A stretch of DNA of 64,000 bases from Eledone cirrhosa (lineage: Eukaryota), in NCBI GenBank assembly GCA_964016885.1, contig OZ024740.1, positions 259,842,001 to 259,906,000 of the forward strand, in the 5' to 3' direction. Shown here one piece after another: positions 56,181 through 64,000 of the stretch. Position numbers and translations under genes: made by a program. The stretch's first letter is position 1. Each line of letters opens with the position of its first letter. The notes under the pieces were generated by a model. The model did no database searches and was not told the DNA's origin. It saw nothing but the letters and a program-made list of their open reading frames with translations.

Positions 56181-56694
56181 GTATCTCAAAGCAGGTATGG
56201 TCATGTGATGCTAATTTCTTTGATAAACTGAAATCATGACTGACTTCCAATTCCCAGTAGCAGTTAATTTATTTACATTGTTCAACACCTTGGAATCCCA
56301 GAACTCTTCACTTAGAAATCACAAGTATTGTCTAACCAACATATAATCAGTATTGATTATCAGACTTCCAATACTTCAAGTTTCCTCAAAATGGCAGCAA
56401 ATATTTCACCACCACATCATTTTCTAAACAAAGGAAATAATGTAATTTATTCTACATTAATAGCTATAATATCACTCAGAGGACACATTATCATTTGTTA
56501 CCATTAGATTTATTTCAACATTATCATCCCCCTCGTCACCATCATAATTTTACATCCAGATTTTATGTGAGAATGTGTTGAACAGGCTCTCAAGGTCTGA
56601 GATTAGATGGAGCAAAGAAACACATTTTGCTCATGTTTTATATTTTGTCACGGTTTCAATGGCTGGATGCTCTTCCTTGTGATAGTGAAAAGAC

Positions 56695-56990
56695 AACAGC
56701 TTGTCTGGTATGGTTAAATATCCTGCCACAACTCCTTGTCCAAAACCATCCTTCAGAGCACAGTTAAGGGAGGGTGAAGAAGAGGCAGACAAAAGACAAA
56801 AATTCTGGTCCGACAACATCAAAGACTGGACTGGTCACAAAACCAAGACCCTTCTACACATGACAGAGAATAGAGACCAATGGCAACAACTGACTGCAAA
56901 AGTGTCACGAGTGGCACCCCAATGACTGGTTGTACCAGTTGCACATCTAGAGTGGCACCCCAATGACTGGCTGTACCAGTTGCAGGAAGA
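56695..56990 (+). mobile_element. RTE 3' fragment with a 40-bp terminal duplication
   Basis: DNIKDWTG...NRDQW; gagtggcaccccaatgactgg.tgtaccagttgca occurs twice. Confidence 0.6.
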
Positions 56991-58016
56991 TGACATGACA
57001 AAGGAATAAGAAAAAGTTATAGTTCTGCTTGATGAGAGCTGACCTATATCTAATCATCATGATCAGTCTGATCAAGCACAACACCAATAGGAAACAATGA
57101 AATACTAGGTATATAACACAGAAAGTAAATGATGGAATCTTCTTTACCCTGGTTCGGAAAAGTCCTCTTTGCCTCTAGATTCTTTCAGTACAAGCCATAA
57201 GAAAACGTCCAAAATTCTAGATTTTTTCTGCAAGAAGAAACAGAAATATATTTTAGAAAGTTAATACATAGCATTCATGCACATTAGTATATAAGGGTAG
57301 AATTGGGTAAACATTTATGTCAAAAATGTGTTCAATATAGGATTTTCAAGAAAGGAGAAAATTCTGATAAAGTGATTGTGCAGGTGTCACAACAAAAAGC
57401 ACCCACCTAACACTGTAAAGTGGACATGTAAAAGATACAGCAAAAAGCACCCAGCACACTGTCAATGTGGTTGGTCAAAGAAAAGGATGTTGATGATGAT
57501 GATGGAGTATGTGGAAAACTAGACAAGTGTTTGAAGTGATCAGCTGACATCATAAATGGTTGATAAGTATTTAAAATTATCACCTGACCACATAATTGAC
57601 TAATAAGAGTTTGAAATAACCATTAACCTTTTAGTATTTAAACTGGCCAGAATTCTCTCACCTCTTTCTGTTCAAACTAGCTGCAACCGGCCACTGATGC
57701 TGATGTTAAAGTATTGTTTTCAAAATAAATAATATCAAAATCTCATAGATTTGATATGCGAGATAATTATGTGAGGTAAGGCCTTTAACGTGAAAATATA
57801 ATAGTAAACATAGAGTAATGTATATGTTAATATGTTAATGACATCACAAATGGTTAACAAATATTTCAAATTATTATCTTGATTGATCGACAAGATTCCA
57901 GAATTTGTTCGTTTATCAAGTAGGGTGGGACTCATTAAATTGGACCAAGGAAACAATGTTTCCATTGGTCTTTCCATTGCCGGTCACAAATCCTGGCATT
58001 ATCTATGACATCATAG

Positions 58017-58666
58017 AGGATGGTGGATTGGCAAGATCAGTAGAGCATCAGACATCATGATTTTCAGCATATAGTTATGTCTTTTTTACATTCTAAGTTC
58101 AAATCCCTCTAAGCGATTGATGAAATAAAGTACCAGTAATGAACTAGGTTCGATTTAATCAACTCCCCCCTCCCCCAAATTGTTGGCTTTGTGTTTAAAT
58201 CAGAAAGCATTATTATTATAAAGCATGCCATGGTTAGCTTTGCATTTCATCCATATGGGCGGTTGATAAAATAAAGTACCAGTAATGAACTGAGGTTGAC
58301 TTAACTTACTCCTCCTCCCCCAAACTGTTGGTCTTCTGCCTAAATCAGAAAGCATTATCTATGGCATTATAAATGACCAACAACTGAGTGAAATAATCAT
58401 CTAGAAATAACATAATATTTATTAAACAACCAATTACAATATACCAAGACATTGTGACATTTCTAAAATAAACTCTATATCATACAACAATCAAGTGTAT
58501 ATAAAACAAATGATAAGTACAATAATTGTTTCTACTTTAGGCACAAGGCCAGCAATTACCCAGTGCATTACTGGTACTTTATTTTTATGATAAGTACAAT
58601 AATGCAAATAATTGAGAAATGTCTGTTATGTAATAATCATGATTATAAGGGACTGGCATATGTATG

Positions 58667-58707
<41 letters not shown>

Positions 58708-58975
58708 GCAGAACACTGGAAGGTAATATTCGTAGTGGTAGAGTCTGTATTTATTATATATGTACATTATTTATGATGAGGGGCTGAGGATTGGCAGTAT
58801 CAGTTAAGGGTTGGACACCATGCTTTGCAGCATAGAGTTACGGCCCTTTACGGTCTGAGTTCAAATCCTGCCAAGGTTAACTTTGCCTTTCATCCTTAAG
58901 GGGTCGATAAAATAAAGTACCACTAATGCTCTGGGATAATTGCTGGCCTTGTGCCAAAAGTAGAAACAATTATTT
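58017..58975. mobile_element. Cluster of SINE family 2 copies and fragments on both strands
   Basis: Copies at ~58017-58215, ~58232-58340, ~58523-58585 (minus) and 58787-58975. Confidence 0.75.
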
Positions 58976-59021
58976 ATGATGCCTTAAGGGACTGATATAT
59001 GTATATTAGTTATGACAACAT

Positions 59022-59073
<52 letters not shown>

Positions 59074-59549
59074 TTATGATGTCTTAAGTAACTAATCTGT
59101 GTGTGTATCTATATGTATATATCTATCTATATATATATAGTTTGTATCTGTAGCTTTGGGTTAAACATTATTAAACCATGCTGCTTTTCGTGTTGTGATA
59201 GCTTGTAAACCCTAGCAGAAATAAACAGGTATTTGGTACTATATATTGTATTGCAACTAAAATAGACATAATTCCTTTGATGATTGATTCGCACCTCCCA
59301 TAACCAAAATTGATAGTTGGTCCTTGATCAGTATTCTTCCTAGATATATATGCATTTTGTGTGAGTACAAAATACCGAGTGTTCACATAAATATATGGTT
59401 CTTTCTATATATATACATATATCTATAAATTTGAATTATTGATGCTCTGGATCAATATCTATTGAGCTTTTCCTTTGAGAAGCATAAATACCATACATAA
59501 TTGATATGTTATACCTTAAATTTATATATATATATATATATATATATCA

Positions 59550-61836
59550 GTAAGCAAGAGATGGAATGAGACATACAGGAAGGTGTGGAGAAGAAAGGTC
59601 TGGAAGCTAAAAGACCTTTCACTAAAATACAAATTTAGGAAAGCCCTTCAAGATGTGTATGACAAAAAAGAAGACGATTTAAAGACGTATGACATAGATA
59701 ATGACTGGAATTTCTTACTTGACAACTTACTGCATGCTACTGATGAAACTTGTGGCTGGAGCAGAGCTCCAACCAGACAGAGAGTGACCTGGTGGTGGAA
59801 CAGCACAGTTGATAGGGCCATTAGAGACAAAAGACTAGCATGGAATGCTTGGAAAAAGGGTGGGAGTAGAGAAGGATATACAGCCGCTAAGAGAGAAGCT
59901 AGACGTCAGGTGTACTTAGCACGCAGGGAGGCTGAGAGTAGGAGGTTTGCCAATGTTCTGCGACGGGAAGATCAGAGACGTGCGGTGTTCCACATTGCAA
60001 GGCACTGTGTCAATGCAAATCAGGATGTTGTTGGAGATAAATGTGTCCGGAATGATGCCGGTGTACTTAGTGTCACGAATGATCAGAAAAAGGAGGCCCG
60101 GAAATGTCATTATGAGAGACTGATGAATGTGAAGAATGAATAGGGGAGAGAGAGAGAAATTACCCTCAGTAGATCCGACAGAGGGACCAGCTATTGAGAT
60201 TCACGAATATAGGGTCCAAGAGGCGATTAAGGAAATGAAAAATGGTAAGGCTGCTGGACCGTCAGGGTTAGTTGCTGAGATGCTGAAGGCATCAGGGGAC
60301 GTAGGCACTAAACTGGTTGCATGCATCATCAATCAGGCTATATATGGCGGTGTCATACCCAAAGACTGGTGCAGCAGTATTCTCATAAATTGCTACAAAG
60401 GTAAAGGGGATGCTCTGGAGAGGAGCAATTATAGGGGTATAAAACTGATAGATCAGGTTATGAAAGTGGCAAAAAGGATATTAGCACAACTAATTAGAGA
60501 AACTAGATGAGATGCAGTTTGGTTTTGTGCCTGGGAAAAGTACAACAGATGCCCTCTTCTTGGTGAGACAATTACAAGAGAGGCTCTTAGAGAAAAATAA
60601 GCCACTATACTTAGCCTTTGTTGACCTAGAGAAGGCCTTTGATAGGGTACCCCGATCTGTCATCTAGTGGTCCCTAAGGAAACTAGGTGTTGAAGTATAG
60701 CTTGTGAGGACAGTGCAAACTTTGTACAGAGGTGCTGTCAGTAAAGTCAGGGTAGGAATGGAGTTTAGTGAGGAATTCCAGATACAAGTAGGAGTACATC
60801 AAGGTTCGGTCCTCAGCTCGCTCTTGTTCATTATAGTCCTCCAAGCCATAACAGAGGAGTTTAAGACTGGCTGTCCATGGGAACTTCTCTCTGCTGACAA
60901 TCTGGTTCTTATAGCAGAATTGGTAGAGGAGCTAGAGAATAAATTCTGGCTATGGAAACAACAGTTGGAAGCAAGAGGACTGAGAGTTAACCTAGCTAAG
61001 ACAAAAGTGTTGATGAGTAGAAAAGAGGACAAAACTCTGATTCTGTCAGGGAAATGGCCATGTTCGATATGCAGAAAAGGAACTGGCATAAATTCTATAA
61101 AATGCACACAATGCAGATCCTGGGTACACAAGAGATGTAGTGGGATAGCAGACAAACTAACAGGTAGGGAGAAATACGTATGCAGTAGATGTACAGGGAA
61201 ATTAGACAGTAGAAGTCGCATTGATAGAGACATTTTTCAAATGCAGGCGGGTGCTATAGAAGTGGTGGATAACTTCCGGTACCTAGGAGATTAGATTAGC
61301 ATGGGAGGGGGGGTGTTCCGAGGTCATAGTATCTAGAATAAGGACGGGTTGGAAGAAGTTTAGGGAGCTGCTTCCTCCGCTGACAAAGAAGGGTTTTTCC
61401 CTGCGTATGAAAGGCCGGTTATATGATGCCTGTGTGAGGAGCGCGATGCTGCATGGTAGTGAGACTTGGGCAGCAACTGCAGAGGATATGCGATGGCTGG
61501 AGAGAAATGAAGCAAGCATGCTCCGTTGGAGAAATTGTGTCTGAGAGGGATAGAATGCAGTGTGCGAGAGAGGAGACTGCGGAGGTATGGACATGTGATG
61601 CGCATGGAGGATAACCGACGGGTGACGAAGTGCCAGGAAATGCCAGGGTAAGGAAGACGTGGTAGAGGTTGACCACGAAAAACATGGGCGGAGGTGGTGA
61701 GAACAGACGTCAGATCGCTGAAGCTCACGGTGGAGATGACGAAGGACCGTGACGAGTGGAGAGATGCTGTGTTGAATAAGACCCGTCCCACCCTTGCAAG
61801 CAGGGAAAAGCGGACGTAAAATGATGATGATGATGA
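59550..61836 (+). mobile_element. 5'-truncated decayed RTE LINE, subfamily B (short 3' end)
   Basis: TWWWN, NYRGIKL, GVHQGS, WPCSICRKG...HKRC...CSRC; ends acccgtcccacccttgcaagc...(gat)n. Confidence 0.9.
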
Positions 61837-62107
61837 TACACACACACACATACCTATCTATGCATATGTATAGATATGACTGAATGGTAAAGATATTTGC
61901 TTCACCATACCAGAATACCAGGTTCTATCTCACAGCATGACACCTTTGCCATGGCTTCTACCTTAACCATGTAACTGTAACCGATACAGCCAGCCATAGA
62001 AACTTTGCTTAATGTGGAAAATATGAAAAAAATGTAATTTTTCCAGCTCATCTACTAGACCATGATAACTTATAGAACCCATGCCAGCATGGAAAGTAGA
62101 CACAAAA

Positions 62108-62397
<290 letters not shown>

Positions 62398-62804
62398 GCA
62401 ATGTGGCCAGAAACAGCTCTGGATTTATGAAACAAAAAAAACCACACACTTTAAATGGATCCTATTTAAATTCCCATTATCCAATATAATTTTACATTGT
62501 GAATGAAATAATAAACCCTTCAAAATTATTCATTACTTATTTGAAATAGAGTGCATTTTATATGAGATATGTTCAGGAAAGAGTTAAGAGTACAATCATC
62601 ATTACTATCGTCACTATCACCGCTGTCATCATTATCATTGTTATCATAATCCCTACCGCTATCAACATTCTTCCCACCAACACCACCACCATCACCATCA
62701 TCATTTCCATCCTCCAGATGGTGTTTATTTAAAATAAAACTATTGTGTGTTATCTGCAATGTATATGTGCATCTTTGTCTCGCTCTCTCTATATATATAT
62801 ATAA

Positions 62805-63182
62805 AAACATCCAGCCCACACTGTAAAGTGGTCATGTAGGTGTCGCAACAAAAAGCATAGAGCCCACACTGTAAAGTGGTCATGTAGGTGTCATAACAAA
62901 AAGCATAGAGCCCACACTGTAAAGTGGTCATGTAGGTGTCACAACAAAAAGCATAGAGCCCACACTGTAAAGTGGTCATGTAGGTGTCACAACAAAAAGC
63001 ATCCCAGCACACACACTGTAAATGTGGTTGGCATTAGGAATGGCATCCATCTGTAAAAACTTAGCCAGAAACAGTCCTATAATGAGCAAGACACACTCAC
63101 CTGACCTGACTTGCCTCTAATGGGACAACCTGCCTAACACCTGCTAGCGTGGAAAATGGTTGTTAAATGTTAATGTTGATGA

Positions 63183-63186
<4 letters not shown>
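62805..63186 (+). mobile_element. SINE/RTE 3' module with four 48-bp tandem subrepeats
   Basis: agcccacactgtaaagtggtcatgtaggtgtc at 62813, 62861, 62909 and 62957. Confidence 0.85.
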
Positions 63187-63220
<34 letters not shown>

Positions 63221-63222
<2 letters not shown>

Positions 63223-63435
63223 CGTTTCTGAAAGAATCCCCAGTCACTGAAGAGGTCACAGAATGTGTGACGAAAGAACTTTGACAATATATAAACAACC
63301 ATCTGGTTGTGGAACCAACCAACCGAAAATTTATAAATTCCTAAATTTATAAATTTATTATAATAAATTGAAGTGAAAGCAACTGGTGCATGTGTTTCTT
63401 ATTGGCAACATGACCCTCCCAAAGTATAACAATAT
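63221..63435 (+). mobile_element. Solo Penelope pLTR fragment
   Basis: Reverse-complement match to 26741-26945; bounded by TA tracts. Confidence 0.85.
63243..63285 (+). ncRNA. Minimal type I hammerhead ribozyme in the Penelope pLTR
   Basis: gtca-CTGAAGA-g-gtcaca(gaatg)tgtgac-GAAA-gaac-TT-tgac. Confidence 0.75.
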
Positions 63436-64000
63436 ATATATATATATATCTATCGTGAAAAAAAGTGTGGACATTAGAAAAAATTCTATACAGATCATGT
63501 TATATAAAGAAAATCATAAAGGGTTTGAAAAGTGCACCTGGTATATATATAAAAAAGGGATATTTATAACATGTATACATGTTATAAAGATACTTTTTAT
63601 ATATATACCAGGTGCGTTTTTCAAACATATTTTTTTAATCATTTTAATGATTTGAAATTAGTTGGCCATCGAGCGAGTGTGGAAACAGCCGAAGTTATGT
63701 CTGTTCTATTTGACTTGCTTCATCTCCTAAATATTTTAACTCCCAGTGAACTATACTGCATGTAAACTGTATGTTGAACTTCCTATTTTTACCTAGTTCA
63801 ATTTATATTTTTATTGTTTGCTGTACTGCATTTGTTTTCTATTTGAAAACACACTGGTAGAGTGCTTTTGGCAATAATCATATTTTTTTATGTGAATTTC
63901 TCTGTCAATGTGATTCCCTGTACTTGGTTAGACCTGGCTTACCTCCTCTTTGATGTGATGCCACACATCACTAGAGGGCCTACTGCTACCTAACTTGAAA

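Noticed and set aside
57148-57227. Possible 80-bp minus-strand host exon (ttcttcttgcag acceptor, gtaaag donor)
   Set aside because: No recognisable protein and no partner exons; would need RNA-seq support.

Overview
AT-rich eukaryotic (animal) DNA made almost entirely of repeats. The SINE, RTE and (TA)n content suggests an octopod cephalopod (inference from repeat families). I found no convincing host protein-coding exon. Contents: (1) a ~5.2 kb array of a 50-bp satellite that appears to derive from a SINE 3' tail and carries 500-bp and 350-bp higher-order repeats; (2) one apparently full-length RTE-clade LINE (APE endonuclease + RT) with a PHD-type C4HC3 zinc finger inside the RT, plus five truncated relatives; (3) a C2H2-finger RTE, a 5'-truncated CR1-clade LINE, an R4-like RLE LINE and a second RTE-like LINE, the last two with twin-priming-type 5' inversions; (4) a Penelope-like element, a DD37D maT transposon, hAT and TA-flanked MITEs, many tRNA-derived SINEs and several kb of (TA)/(CA) microsatellite; (5) a dispersed set of type I hammerhead ribozyme motifs, five with intact core boxes and several decayed, mostly in small non-coding inserts within (TA)n tracts. 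These look like Penelope-mobilised pLTR or retrozyme-like elements and are the most interesting signal. All long YI/IY-rich ORFs are microsatellite artefacts.
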